A stretch of 62,828 nt of DNA, filler included, from Candidatus Woesearchaeota archaeon (GCA_030753365.1; 7 parts of 7 records of this genome joined end to end with filler, not necessarily neighbours in it), one strand, 5' to 3'; counted from the whole stretch's first letter, positions 20,351 through 30,994 are shown. A program made the numbers and translations. Notes: generated from the letters alone by a model not told the origin.

Positions 20351-20407
20351 GATTATTTGTGGAAAGGATATTGGAAATGGGCGTTATACAATTAAAACTT
20401 GGCAAAA

Positions 20408-20716
20408 TTAGCTGTTCATTATTGATCCGCCTTTAGCAACGAATTCTTTTTCATCAACGTTTATATAAACTGCTATTTTAAGAAAAGTCTTTGATTTACT
20501 GGCCTTAAGATTAATTTTCTTAATTCTTTTAAAATCAAATGAAGAAGGTAGTCTTTTCTTAAAAAAAGCAACACACATTTTACTTAAACCATCGTTCTCT
20601 TCAAGAATATTAATGTCAGTAGGAAAAGATATATCTTTAAAATAACCAAACCATATTTGATTATCTAGATGACTAATTAAGTCATTTGCTATTCCTTTAA
20701 AGACTGTTAATTTCAT
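20408..20716 (-). CDS. Small hypothetical protein (cassette-like)
   Basis: 102-aa ORF, AT-rich, enclosed by inverted repeats. Confidence 0.7.
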   Translation of the reverse strand: MKLTVFKGIANDLISHLDNQIWFGYFKDISFPTDINILEENDGLSKMCVAFFKKRLPSSFDFKRIKKINLKASKSKTFLKIAVYINVDEKEFVAKGGSIMNS

Positions 20717-20745
20717 AATGAAAAAGAATTCTTACTGCTTTAAAT

Positions 20746-20920
20746 ATTTTACCAAGTTTTGGTAAAGTCAAGTAAAGTGTCTTGGAAAAATTTAGTTTAA
20801 ATATGCTTTTTAAACTCAGCAAACTTTTTGCCACTTAACTTGACTTAACCCCAAGTTTTAATTCTTCGTCATTTCGTTCCTCGTCCTCTCCACTTCGTAG
20901 CTCGAAGCATATAACAGCGA
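20746..20920. repeat. Nested inverted repeats / attC-like stem-loop remnants
   Basis: 20765-20779 pairs with 20832-20846 (14/15); 20851-20863 is the exact reverse complement of 20390-20402; ATATAAC at 20909. Confidence 0.5.
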
Positions 20921-20935
20921 TTCACGATATTAGTT

Positions 20936-21187
20936 TCAATTGGAATTAATCCCTTGATTTTCTTCTTTATATCTCTTCATGTGATTAGGACATTTCTTTT
21001 TAATTTCTTCAAAAATTCTTTTTGAACTATCTTCTGATTTACCCATCTTTCCACCTTGCATAATATGAAAAACATCCCAATATAGGCATTCTTTGTCTTC
21101 ATTTTCCACATAATGCTTTGCACAGTAAGTATGTTTTCCATCTACTTTAATGTCCCAATCCTTACCGCAAATTTCACATTTATCCAT
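20936..21187 (-). CDS. Small Cys/His (Zn-finger-like) hypothetical protein
   Basis: CEICG..YCAKH, CPNH. Confidence 0.65.
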   Translation of the reverse strand: MDKCEICGKDWDIKVDGKHTYCAKHYVENEDKECLYWDVFHIMQGGKMGKSEDSSKRIFEEIKKKCPNHMKRYKEENQGINSN

Positions 21188-21426
21188 ATCAACAAAGAAA
21201 ATCTATAAGTATTTAATTCTTATGGCGCTAATTTTAACTTTGAACTTTTTCCTCCGTTTCGCTACGGAACGTTGCACTAAATTCAGCCCTAACAGGGGAT
21301 ATAACAACAATTTCTATGTTATCAGCTCGAAATTGCTTTTAAAGCAAAACATACTCATTTCATTCGTAGCTTTGCTTTCCTTTGGAAAGCAAAACATTTA
21401 TATTCTATTTAGGCTGTGATTATAGC

Positions 21427-24048
21427 ATGGCTTATGATATTATCCTTGGAAGGAATGCAAAGGACAGAGAGAAGTATGGTACTAAGGGAGCTGTTCTTCT
21501 TGGGAAGCATTATGTTAAGATGGGGCAGGTTACTTCGCTTTCTAATAAGGTTTTCATGGATGTTACACAGTCACATGTTGTGTTTGTGTGCGGTAAGAGG
21601 GGAGGGGGAAAGTGCCTGTATGGGGATACTTTGATAACATTGAATGATGGCAGCACTGTTCCTATTAAAGATTTAGAATCTGATGACCATGAAATTTTAA
21701 GTCTGAATAAAGAGCTGAAGGTTAAAACTGCGCAGAAGTCTGATTTTTTTAAGAGAAAGGTTAATGAGCTTTTGCATATTAAATTAAGAAGCGGGAAAGA
21801 GATTAAACTAACTCCTGAGCATCCGCTTCTGACAATTAATGGTTGGGTTCCAGCTGAAGAGATGAAGATTGGCTCAAGGATTGCTACACCCAGAGTGATA
21901 GATACTTTTGGAGAAGAAATACTTGAAGAAAATAAAGTCAAACTGTTAGCTTATCTTATTGCAGAGGGACATATGGGTAATAGGTTTGTACTGTTTGCGA
22001 ATAAAGACGAAGTAATCATAAATGATTTTAAAAGGGCTGTAAGTGATTTTGATTCTTGCTTAATTATTAAGCAACATAGCAACGAGTTTTGCTTTAGAGT
22101 CTCTGCAAATAACAAAAGGAATACTGAGAAAGCTATAAGAAATGAAAAAGGACAGTTTGGAGAAGGCAGTAAATTTCATCATAAAAGCTCTCTAAGGTTA
22201 TGGTTAGATAAAACAGACATTTATGGGTTAAAATCCAAAGAGAAGGTTATTCCAAAGATTGTATTTAAATCATCAAAATCCAATATAAAATTGTTCTTAA
22301 ACAGGCTGTTTAGTTGTGATGGTTCCTTATATTTTGAAGAGAGTAGTAAGAGTTGGAGAGTTTCCTATGGTTCTTCTTCAGAAAGACTTATCCATCAAGT
22401 ACAGCACTTATTATTAAGGTTTGAGATTTTGTCCAGAATAAGAACAAAGACAGTAAAATTGAATAGAAAGAGCTTTGGCACTTATGAGATAGAGATTAAA
22501 GGAGAGAATGTGTATAAGTTTATCCAAGATATTGGCTTCTTCGGAAAGAAGGAAGAAAGACAGAAAAGAGCTTTAAAGGAAACAGAGAATGGAAAAAGAA
22601 ATCCTAACATAGATACAATACCTAAAGAATTATGGGATTCTTATAGACCAGATAGTTGGGTAAAAGCAGGCAGAGAATTAGGTTATTCTTCTCCTAAGGC
22701 AGCAAGAAGTAGCATTAATTATGCACCGTCAAGGCAGAAGCTTCTTCAGATAGCTGTTGCTGATAATAATGAACTTATTAAAGCATTGGCTGCATCAGAT
22801 ATCTTCTGGGATGAGATTGTTTCTGCTGAGAAGTTAGAAGGAGATTTTACGGTTTATGATGTTTCTGTTCCAGAAAGCCATAATTTTGTTGCGAATGATG
22901 TTATTGTGCATAATAGCTACACCATGGGTGTTATAGCAGAAGGCATGACAGACCTGCCTAAGGATATATCAGAGAACCTTGCGATTATTATGCTGGATAC
23001 TATGGGAATTTACTGGACTATGAAGTATCCTAATATGAAGGATAAGGAGTTGCTTGATGAATGGGGATTGAAGGGTAAAGGACTTAATATTCAGATTTAT
23101 ACACCTACAGGATATTATAAGAAGTATAAGGAAGAAGGGATTCCAACAGATTTTCCGTTTGCAATTAAACCTGCTGAGCTAAGCCCTGAGGATTGGTGGC
23201 TGACTTTTGAGTTACAATCTTCTGAACCTTTAGCAATTTTTATTGAAAGGATTGTGCTTGACATGAAGAAAGAGGGCAAGAACTTTTCTATTGATGATAT
23301 ACTGGATGTTATAAGGAAGGATGATAAGGTAGAAAAGGTTGTTAAGGATGCTGCTGAGAATAGGTTTAAAGCTGTTAAGGATTGGGGCGTTTTCAGTGAG
23401 AAAGGAACAGATATTAATGAGCTTGCTGCAGGAGGCCAGGTTACTGTGCTTGATGTGAGCTGTTATGCTACTATGCCTGGAGGCTGGAAGGTTAAAGCTT
23501 TGGTTATAGGAATTATAGCCCAAAAGCTGTTTATTGAGAGAATGATTGCAAGGAAGAAAGAAGAGTATGAGTCTGTTTCAGCTTCTACAGAATATTTTGC
23601 AGAAGAGAAGGAAGAAAAGCAGGAGACGCCTTTAGTATGGCTGGCTATTGATGAAGCGCATGAGTTTGCGCCTTTGAAAGGGAAGACTGCTGCTACGGAT
23701 GCTATTATCACAATCCTTAGAGAGGGCAGGCAGCCAGGTATGTCTTTGATATTGGCTACACAGCAGCCTGGCAAGATTCATACGGATGTTATGACACAGT
23801 CTGATGTTATTCTTAGCCATAGGATTACTGCAAAGCTTGATACTGAAGCTTTGGGGATGCTGATGCAGAGTTATATGAGAGATGGGCTTGATAAGCAGCT
23901 TGATAACCTGCCAAGGGTTAAAGGGTCAGCTATTGCTATTGATGATATGAATGAGAGGATGTATGCAATGAGGGTTCGCCCCAGGTTTACATGGCATGGC
24001 GGGCAGGCTCCTAGTGCTATGAAAGAAGAGAAGAAGAAGGATTTCTAG
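21427..24048 (+). CDS. HerA/FtsK-like P-loop ATPase containing an intein
   Basis: CGKRGGGK/SYT Walker A (split by intein), AIDEAHEF Walker B, ILREGRQPG, LATQQP. Confidence 0.9.
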   Translation: MAYDIILGRNAKDREKYGTKGAVLLGKHYVKMGQVTSLSNKVFMDVTQSHVVFVCGKRGGGKCLYGDTLITLNDGSTVPIKDLESDDHEILSLNKELKVKTAQKSDFFKRKVNELLHIKLRSGKEIKLTPEHPLLTINGWVPAEEMKIGSRIATPRVIDTFGEEILEENKVKLLAYLIAEGHMGNRFVLFANKDEVIINDFKRAVSDFDSCLIIKQHSNEFCFRVSANNKRNTEKAIRNEKGQFGEGSKFHHKSSLRLWLDKTDIYGLKSKEKVIPKIVFKSSKSNIKLFLNRLFSCDGSLYFEESSKSWRVSYGSSSERLIHQVQHLLLRFEILSRIRTKTVKLNRKSFGTYEIEIKGENVYKFIQDIGFFGKKEERQKRALKETENGKRNPNIDTIPKELWDSYRPDSWVKAGRELGYSSPKAARSSINYAPSRQKLLQIAVADNNELIKALAASDIFWDEIVSAEKLEGDFTVYDVSVPESHNFVANDVIVHNSYTMGVIAEGMTDLPKDISENLAIIMLDTMGIYWTMKYPNMKDKELLDEWGLKGKGLNIQIYTPTGYYKKYKEEGIPTDFPFAIKPAELSPEDWWLTFELQSSEPLAIFIERIVLDMKKEGKNFSIDDILDVIRKDDKVEKVVKDAAENRFKAVKDWGVFSEKGTDINELAAGGQVTVLDVSCYATMPGGWKVKALVIGIIAQKLFIERMIARKKEEYESVSASTEYFAEEKEEKQETPLVWLAIDEAHEFAPLKGKTAATDAIITILREGRQPGMSLILATQQPGKIHTDVMTQSDVILSHRITAKLDTEALGMLMQSYMRDGLDKQLDNLPRVKGSAIAIDDMNERMYAMRVRPRFTWHGGQAPSAMKEEKKKDF
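21613..22914 (+). mobile_element. Intein with LAGLIDADG homing endonuclease (434 aa) in the Walker A loop
   Basis: N-terminal CLYGDT, LTPEHP block B, LLAYLIAEG and FLNRLFSCDG blocks, C-terminal VHN followed by Ser. Confidence 0.95.
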
Positions 24049-24067
24049 TTAGAATTAAAAAAAATAG

Positions 24068-24169
24068 AATAAAAAATCCCAATCGCAGCAAGCTGCGGGG
24101 TATTTTTAGTATTTAGTTTGCGTATTAAGCCGATGCAAGCATCGGGGTATAAAACCCAAACTAAATAAT
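24068..24169. mobile_element. 102-bp palindromic non-autonomous element, copy A (IS200/IS605 PATE-like)
   Basis: Identical to 31654-31755; two hairpins CGCAGC-AA-GCTGCG-GGGTAT and CCGATGC-AA-GCATCGG-GGTAT. Confidence 0.75.
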
Positions 24170-24181
24170 TAAAAGAAAAGA

Positions 24182-24805
24182 TTAAGCTGCTTTCTTTTCT
24201 TCTTTTTTAACTGGCTCATATTTCTTTGTTCTTTCTTTCACGCCTTCAACGATTCCCATGTGGTGCTGAATTAAACTCTGATAGCTTTTTGCCAGTTCTT
24301 CTGCACTTTTCTTTTGGAATTTTGCAGGCAATAAACTACCGTATTTATCCATATATTGGTTAACAAAATCAACATGTGCATTAAAGTCTTGTGGGTCAAT
24401 TTTTAAGAATTCATTATTCACATAGTTAGCTCTCTGTTCACTTTCCATTGAAGTTGCCAGGGTTTTAATAATTTCATCTAATTTGCCTTTACGAGCCATG
24501 TCATATGCTCTAAGAAAGCCTCCTGACCTTTGACCCTGAGGAGCTAGTTCAGATTCAAGTATTTGCTGGGCTTTACCAAAAGCGTCTTCTTCACTTAATT
24601 CCCCACCAATTGTTTCCTTATGATGGTGTTTCACATAATCAATGATTTTATCTCTAAAGCCACTATAATCAGAAACTTTGATTTTGTCTAGTTTGTACTT
24701 GTGATGCGCTTCTGCATGAGGCATTTCAATCCTTTCATTTATTTTGTCAGGATCAAGATTTTCAGTTATTTCCTCTAAACTAATTTTTTTCTTCTTTTCA
24801 GCCAT
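24182..24805 (-). CDS. Hypothetical helical protein
   Basis: 207-aa ORF with AGGTGA SD; no recognised motif. Confidence 0.8.
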   Translation of the reverse strand: MAEKKKKISLEEITENLDPDKINERIEMPHAEAHHKYKLDKIKVSDYSGFRDKIIDYVKHHHKETIGGELSEEDAFGKAQQILESELAPQGQRSGGFLRAYDMARKGKLDEIIKTLATSMESEQRANYVNNEFLKIDPQDFNAHVDFVNQYMDKYGSLLPAKFQKKSAEELAKSYQSLIQHHMGIVEGVKERTKKYEPVKKEEKKAA

Positions 24806-24886
24806 TTTTCAATCACCTTTTGTTTGATGATGTTAATCAGTCACCACTATAATATAAACATTTCTATTATTTGATATAATGTTTAC

Positions 24887-26200
24887 TTATTCATTAGAAT
24901 ATTCAACTTCCCTTCCTTTTACTTCATCATTAACCTGCCCGGAGTTGTAGATAATGTTTCCGTTGATGATGGTTGTTACTGGCCAGCCTTTGAGTTCTCT
25001 GCCATGGAAGGGGTTCCAGCCGCATTTGGTGTTGAGCTTTTCATTGTTTACTTTCTTTTTAAGTTCCATATCAATTATTACCAAATCTGCATCATAATGC
25101 TCTTTGAGGAAGCCTTTATTTTTGATTTTGAAGCGTTTTGCAGGGTTGTTGGCTGTTAAACGGACTATATCGTCTAATTCTAATTGCCCTTGATTTACTG
25201 CGTCTAATAGTAAAGGCAACATTGTGCTGACTCCGGGAACGCCGGATGGAGCTTTCCAATAAGACTGTTCTTTTTCTTTTTTTGTGTGAGGCGCATGGTC
25301 GGTTGCGATTGTGTCTATGCTGCCTTCTCTTATGGCAGTCCATAAGGCTGTCTTATCTTCTTCAGACCTTAAAGGAGGGTTGATTTTGCCATAGTTGCCT
25401 AATTCTTTAATATCTTCTTTTGTGAGAAATAAGTGGTTAGGGGTTACTTCGCAGGTTATGTCCTGCTTTTCTTCTTTTGCCCGTTGGACAAGGGCAAGGC
25501 CTTCTTTTGTGGAAAGGTGGCAGATGTGCAGCCTGTTTCCAAAATGTTTTGAGAATAAGAGCATTTTTGTGATGGCTAGCTCTTCACAGAGGTTGGTTCT
25601 GATTTCATGATGGATTTCTGCGCTGTCTTCTGCCCTGTGCATTTCTGAGAAGTATGTTATGAGGAAATCGTCTTCTGCATGGACTGTTACAAGGTTGTGG
25701 TTTAAGTTAGATAGTATTTCAAAGAGTTCCCTGCTTTTGCTTATTAAGAGAGAGCCTGTTGAAGAACCCATATAGATTTTTATAGAGGCGGTTTCTTTTT
25801 CAAGGTCTTGTATGTTGTCTATGTTTGTTAGTGTTGCGCCTAAGTGAAAGCCGTAGTTGACCAAGCTTTTTTTGGAGGCAATTTTTCTTTTTTTCTTTAG
25901 GTCTTTCTTAGAGATAGTAGGAGGTGAGGTGTTGGGCATGTCTAACACTGTGGTTATGCCGCCTGATGCTGCGTTGGCTGAGCCAGTTTTCCAGTCTTCT
26001 TTGTGCTTCATGCCAGGCTCTCTGAAGTGGACATGGGAATCTATGAGACCGGGAAGGACTATGTTGCCTTTGGCGTCTATGTTTTTGTCGGCTTTGACGA
26101 ATGGGCCTATATGGTTGATTTTGCCGTCATCAATGTAGATGTTAGTGTTGATTAAAGTCCCTGCTTTGAGGATTCTGCAGTTTTTTATTGAGAGGCTCAT
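24887..26200 (-). CDS. pyrC: Dihydroorotase (type I amidohydrolase)
   Basis: PGLIDSHVHFREPG, DMPNT, VHAED, HICHLS, KINPPLR, TDHAPH. Confidence 0.9.
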   Translation of the reverse strand: MSLSIKNCRILKAGTLINTNIYIDDGKINHIGPFVKADKNIDAKGNIVLPGLIDSHVHFREPGMKHKEDWKTGSANAASGGITTVLDMPNTSPPTISKKDLKKKRKIASKKSLVNYGFHLGATLTNIDNIQDLEKETASIKIYMGSSTGSLLISKSRELFEILSNLNHNLVTVHAEDDFLITYFSEMHRAEDSAEIHHEIRTNLCEELAITKMLLFSKHFGNRLHICHLSTKEGLALVQRAKEEKQDITCEVTPNHLFLTKEDIKELGNYGKINPPLRSEEDKTALWTAIREGSIDTIATDHAPHTKKEKEQSYWKAPSGVPGVSTMLPLLLDAVNQGQLELDDIVRLTANNPAKRFKIKNKGFLKEHYDADLVIIDMELKKKVNNEKLNTKCGWNPFHGRELKGWPVTTIINGNIIYNSGQVNDEVKGREVEYSNE

Positions 26201-26254
26201 ACTGTATTTTTTAGAAAAGAGATGGTATTTTAATGTTTTTATTTGGATTTTCTT

Positions 26255-26354
26255 NNNNNNNNNNNNNNNNNNNNNNNNNNNNNNNNNNNNNNNNNNNNTT
26301 AATTAATTAANNNNNNNNNNNNNNNNNNNNNNNNNNNNNNNNNNNNNNNNNNNN
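26255..26354. other. Artificial contig linker
   Basis: N44-TTAATTAATTAA-N44. Confidence 0.98.
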
Positions 26355-27240
26355 TATTGCTATTATTCTTATCATAACTATTCCATTTATCTTTGTCCTG
26401 AACAGCATTATAAAAGAAGCTGCTATAACAAGCGTAATTGCCAGCCAAAAGATTTCTACGGGAAATATATTTGGTGTAAGATGTACAGACAAAGAGAATT
26501 TTCTATGCGGACTATCAGAACGCGTAAAAAACTTTGCATCAGACCCTAAAAAAAGATATTATATTGATTCTACCATAAAAGGCATCTCCTCATTCGTAAC
26601 CGGACAAATTTCAGGGTTCATAATCGCAGTGCCAAGAAGGATTTTTGACATAGTTGTGCTATTTTTTGTCATGTTTTATCTGTTTAGAGATAAAGACATG
26701 TTTATCAAGAAAATAAAAGATTTGTTGCCCATTAAACAAGAATACAAAGAACAAATTCTTAAGCAGATTAATGAAGTTACTTCCGCCATTATTTATGGAT
26801 ATTTAATAGTAGGAGTAATACAAGGCGCTATATTAGCCATCTTATTTTTTGCATTCGGACTATCCAGCCCAATCCTTTGGGGCATTCTTATGATGATACT
26901 TTCAATCCTTCCAGTTATAGGTCCTACAACCATCTGGATACCTGGCTCTTTTATCTTATTCATATCAGGATATTTAGATAGCAACACAGGACTTGCTATC
27001 AAAGGCATAATCCTTCTATTATTTGGACTGTTTATATTTACACCTATAGACAATATAGTAAAGCCTAAAATGATAGGAAACAAAACAAAGATTCATTCCA
27101 CTTTTATTATAATTGGCTTGATAGGCGGCATTATTATGTTCGGCTTCATAGGCTTTGTTATAGGCCCTCTAATTCTGGCTTTATTGGTAACTTTCATAGA
27201 TATCTATGAAAAAGAGAAGCAATGGTTTAAGCAAGGATAA
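26355..27240 (+). CDS. AI-2E family transporter, 5' truncated
   Basis: FYLFRD, GVIQG, LPVIGP, DNIVKPKMIG, GFIGFVIGP. Confidence 0.9.
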
Positions 27241-27248
27241 CGAATACT

Positions 27249-28742
27249 ATGAAATTCAAAGTTAAGGCTATGGATATAACAACAGGCAATACTCTTGTTG
27301 CCATCTTAAACTCTAAAGACGCTGCCAAGTTTGATTTGCATGTTCTCGATAGGATAAAAATAAGAAAAAATAGAAAGAATATAGAAGCGGTACTAGACAT
27401 AGGAAAAAGCCTTAAAGCTATACCCTCAGGAAGCATAGGCCTTTTCGAAGAAACTTTAGAAGCGCTTAATGCAAAACAGGGAGACATCATCAACATTTGC
27501 CTGGCAAAAAAGCCTTTATCCCTTCAATACATAAGAAAGAAGCTTGATGGAGGAACACTTTCTAAAAAAGAGATTGAAGAAATCATCAATGATATAGTTA
27601 ACAATAGGTTAAGCAGTATTGAGCTCACATATTTTGTTTCTGCATGCTATACTCATGCCCTTGACACTAAAGAAACCATCATGTTAGTCAAAGCTATGGT
27701 TAATTGCGGAAGTACCCTTAAACTCAATAAATATCCTATAATAGACAAGCATTGCATTGGCGGCGTTCCAGGGAACAGGACAACAATGATTATAGTGCCA
27801 ATTATAGCTGCTGCAGGCTTAACAATTCCAAAGACAAGCTCAAGGTCAATAACAAGCCCTTCCGGAACAGCAGATACAATGGAAGTTCTTACAAATGTAT
27901 GCCTAAACCTCAATCAAATGAAGAGAGTAGTCAATAAGACAAATGGTTGTATTGTATGGGGTGGCTCATTAAACCTTGCTCCTGCTGATGACAAGATAAT
28001 AAAGGTTGAAAGGCCCTTAGAAATAAATGCTGAAAGCCAGTTCCTTGCTTCTATAATGGCAAAGAAAATGAGCGTTTCTTCAACACATATTCTTATTGAC
28101 ATTCCGGTTGGAAAGAGCGCCAAGCTGGAAGGCATGAAGCTTGCAAAAAACCTTAAAAAAGACTTCATAAGGCTTGCAAAAAAATTAAAGAGAAAAATTA
28201 AGGTTATGATTACAGATGGCTCACAGCCTATAGGCAACGGCATTGGCCCTGCTCTTGAGGCAAGAGATGTTTTATATGTGCTTCAGGGAGATTACAGGCA
28301 GCCTAATGACCTCAGAAAGAAGTCTATTGAAATGGCTGGGAAGATACTTGAAATGGGAAAGAAAGCAAAGCCTGGCCAGGGGAAGAAGAAAGCACTGGAA
28401 ATATTAGAGTCAGGGCAAGCCTACAAAAAGATGAAAGAAATTATCAAAGCTCAGGAAGGATGTATTACAGATTCAGAAAATATAAAATTAGGCAGGTATG
28501 CCTATGATGTAACTTCAAAAAAATCAGGCAGAATAAAGTATATAGATAATAAGATTATCACAAGAATAGCAAGAGTAGCTGGCGCCCCTAAAGATAAGAA
28601 AGCTGGCATATATCTATATAATCATATAGGTGACAGGGTTAAAAAAGGCGATAAGCTTTTTACAGTTTATTCTGATGGCAAAGAACAGTTGAAGTTTGCA
28701 AAAGAAGTTGTGAAGGAATCAAGTGCAATAGTTCTCAAGTAA
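27249..28742 (+). CDS. deoA: AMP phosphorylase (archaeal thymidine phosphorylase family)
   Basis: N-terminal double-psi-barrel-like extension, DKHCIGGVPGNRTT, PKTSSRSITSPSGTADTMEVL, GIGPALEARD. Confidence 0.93.
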   Translation: MKFKVKAMDITTGNTLVAILNSKDAAKFDLHVLDRIKIRKNRKNIEAVLDIGKSLKAIPSGSIGLFEETLEALNAKQGDIINICLAKKPLSLQYIRKKLDGGTLSKKEIEEIINDIVNNRLSSIELTYFVSACYTHALDTKETIMLVKAMVNCGSTLKLNKYPIIDKHCIGGVPGNRTTMIIVPIIAAAGLTIPKTSSRSITSPSGTADTMEVLTNVCLNLNQMKRVVNKTNGCIVWGGSLNLAPADDKIIKVERPLEINAESQFLASIMAKKMSVSSTHILIDIPVGKSAKLEGMKLAKNLKKDFIRLAKKLKRKIKVMITDGSQPIGNGIGPALEARDVLYVLQGDYRQPNDLRKKSIEMAGKILEMGKKAKPGQGKKKALEILESGQAYKKMKEIIKAQEGCITDSENIKLGRYAYDVTSKKSGRIKYIDNKIITRIARVAGAPKDKKAGIYLYNHIGDRVKKGDKLFTVYSDGKEQLKFAKEVVKESSAIVLK

Positions 28743-28754
28743 AAGAAAATAAAA

Positions 28755-28867
28755 CGCCGAGGGGGAGACTTTCAATCATTTTCATATGAAAATGCTTTTG
28801 AACTCCCGTGCCCCGAAGGACATAGGATTAGCAATCCTACGCTATGGCCAGACTAAGCGACCTCGGC
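28755..28867 (-). tRNA. tRNA-Ser(GCT) with 28-nt intron in the T-loop (59/60; 28769-28796)
   Basis: Acceptor GCCGAGG/CCTCGGC, loop TT-GCT-AA, long variable arm. Splicing at a BHB (TTCA/TGAA helix) restores TTCAAAT. Confidence 0.9.
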
Positions 28868-28957
28868 ATGAACAGAAGATATTCTCGTAGGTTTATAAAT
28901 ATTATGGCTTCTATTACACAACAACCTTTAAATAACTACATTCTATACCTTTAACTC

Positions 28958-30055
28958 ATGCTGCATCCTATCCACATTACTGAAGGACTGAGAATGTTCA
29001 GAAGGCGCTTAAAAGTCAGCCTATTCGGCATCAAGAAATATAAAGGAAATCCTATAGAAATAAGCAAACAGATTATAGAAGATTGTTGGAATAATAGATA
29101 TTTCACAACAAGCACAGGACATTTCAAAGAATTCTGGACAAGAGATTTTGGGATTTGCACAGAATCTTTATTAAAATTAGGTTATAGAAAGCAGGTTTAT
29201 TCAACATTAAAATACGCTTTAGATATATTCAAAAAGCACAGAAAAATAACAACCACTATCACGCCTTACAATGTTCCTTTTAATTTCCCAACATATTCTC
29301 CTGATTCATTGCCTTTCCTTATTAGAAGCTTAAAGCTGTTAAACAACAAAGAACTAATTAATCAATATAAGCCATTTCTCAACAAAGAAATAAACAAATA
29401 TTATAACATTGTCCTAGACAAGGAAACAGGCCTTGTAAAGAAAGGAAAGGTTTTCTCTTCAATGAAAGATAATGTAATGAGATGCTCATGTTTATATGAC
29501 AATACAATGGTTGCCATGCTGAATAATGATTTAAAGGAAATAAAACTATTAGACAATCCTTTAAAAAATTACAATTTCAAAGAAATCATAAAATCAAATT
29601 TCTGGACTGGAGAATATTTCCTTGACGATTTATCTGGGAAAAAATATGTAAGCGGAGATGCTAACACATTTCCTTATTACACAGGTGTTTTCACTTCAAA
29701 GTCAATGATGAAAAGCTCAATGAGAAAACTAGAACAAGAAGGGTTAGACAAGCCTTTCCCTTTGAAATATACCAAAGCACTTAACCAAAATAAGCATTTC
29801 TCTTTTATGGAGATAGTAGCTCCTAACTATGAAGGCAACACTAACTGGATACATTTAGGATTATGTTATATTAATGTGGTTAACAAAGTTGACAAGCAGA
29901 AAGCAGGAAAGTATATTGAGCAGTATACACAAATTATTAAAAGGCATAAAAATTTCTTAGAGGTATTCAATCATAACAAAAAACCTTACCAGAACATGTT
30001 TTATTATTGTGATGAAGGGATGTTATGGGTGGCTAATTATTTAAATATGATTTAA
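28958..30055 (+). CDS. Six-hairpin glycosidase-like protein
   Basis: FWTRDFG motif and YEG..W near the C-terminus, as in (alpha/alpha)6 glycoside hydrolases; family uncertain. Confidence 0.6.
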   Translation: MLHPIHITEGLRMFRRRLKVSLFGIKKYKGNPIEISKQIIEDCWNNRYFTTSTGHFKEFWTRDFGICTESLLKLGYRKQVYSTLKYALDIFKKHRKITTTITPYNVPFNFPTYSPDSLPFLIRSLKLLNNKELINQYKPFLNKEINKYYNIVLDKETGLVKKGKVFSSMKDNVMRCSCLYDNTMVAMLNNDLKEIKLLDNPLKNYNFKEIIKSNFWTGEYFLDDLSGKKYVSGDANTFPYYTGVFTSKSMMKSSMRKLEQEGLDKPFPLKYTKALNQNKHFSFMEIVAPNYEGNTNWIHLGLCYINVVNKVDKQKAGKYIEQYTQIIKRHKNFLEVFNHNKKPYQNMFYYCDEGMLWVANYLNMI

Positions 30056-30058
30056 AAA

Positions 30059-30994
30059 ATGAGAATTAGCATAGTAATTCCAACTTTAAACGAAGAAAAA
30101 GACCTGCCCAGGCTATTGCAAAGCATAGAAAACCAAACATTCAAGGATTATGAAATCATCATAGCAGATGCAGGCTCAAAAGATAAAACCTTAGAAATAG
30201 CTAAGCAATATAATGCAAGAGTTGTAGAAGGCGGCATGCCTGCAGTGGGCAGGAACAGCGGAGCAAAGGCTGCAAATGGAGATTTTCTATTCTTTTTTGA
30301 CGCTGATGTTAAATTACCTGAAGATTTTCTCAAAAAAGCTTATCTTGAAATGCAAAAGAGGTATCTTGACCTTGCAACTTGCAAGTTCAATCCTTTATCA
30401 GAGAAAAGAATTGATAAAGTAATGCATGAAATTACCAATTTAGGAATTAAGATTTACCAATTTACAGATCCTCATGCTTTTGGATTTTGTATTTTCGTAA
30501 GCAGAAGGCTTTTTAACAGAACTCGAGGATTTGACGAATCTATCAGGTTTATGGAAGACGCTGATTTTGTTAAAAGAGCATCAAAGTACAGGTCATTGAG
30601 AGTGCTAAGAACTACAAGCATATATGCAAGCATAAGAAGGTTTGAAAGAGAAGGAAGGTTTAGGATGCTTATGAAATTCATGCAAGCAGAGATATATAGA
30701 AAATTAAAAGGAGAGATAAGAAAAGATAACATAGGATACGAGTTAGGCAACTATGACAAAAAGAAAGAGAGATTGTTAGAGCCAAAATTAAGGAAACTTG
30801 AAGAGAAACTAATCATGCTTAATCAGGATTATAAAATATTTACAAAAAAATACTTTCGCACAGGAAGGCTTGCTAGAGGTTACCCAAGACAACTAAACAA
30901 ATTAAGAGAAAGGTTTAATAAAGTGGGTAACTCTTTTAGAAAGATAACTCATAAAAGAAGGCAGATAAAGAATGAGCAAATCAAAAGTGAGTAA
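30059..30994 (+). CDS. Glycosyltransferase family 2
   Basis: SIVIPTLNEE, IADAGSKD, FFDAD, GFDE..MEDADF. Confidence 0.93.
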   Translation: MRISIVIPTLNEEKDLPRLLQSIENQTFKDYEIIIADAGSKDKTLEIAKQYNARVVEGGMPAVGRNSGAKAANGDFLFFFDADVKLPEDFLKKAYLEMQKRYLDLATCKFNPLSEKRIDKVMHEITNLGIKIYQFTDPHAFGFCIFVSRRLFNRTRGFDESIRFMEDADFVKRASKYRSLRVLRTTSIYASIRRFEREGRFRMLMKFMQAEIYRKLKGEIRKDNIGYELGNYDKKKERLLEPKLRKLEEKLIMLNQDYKIFTKKYFRTGRLARGYPRQLNKLRERFNKVGNSFRKITHKRRQIKNEQIKSE

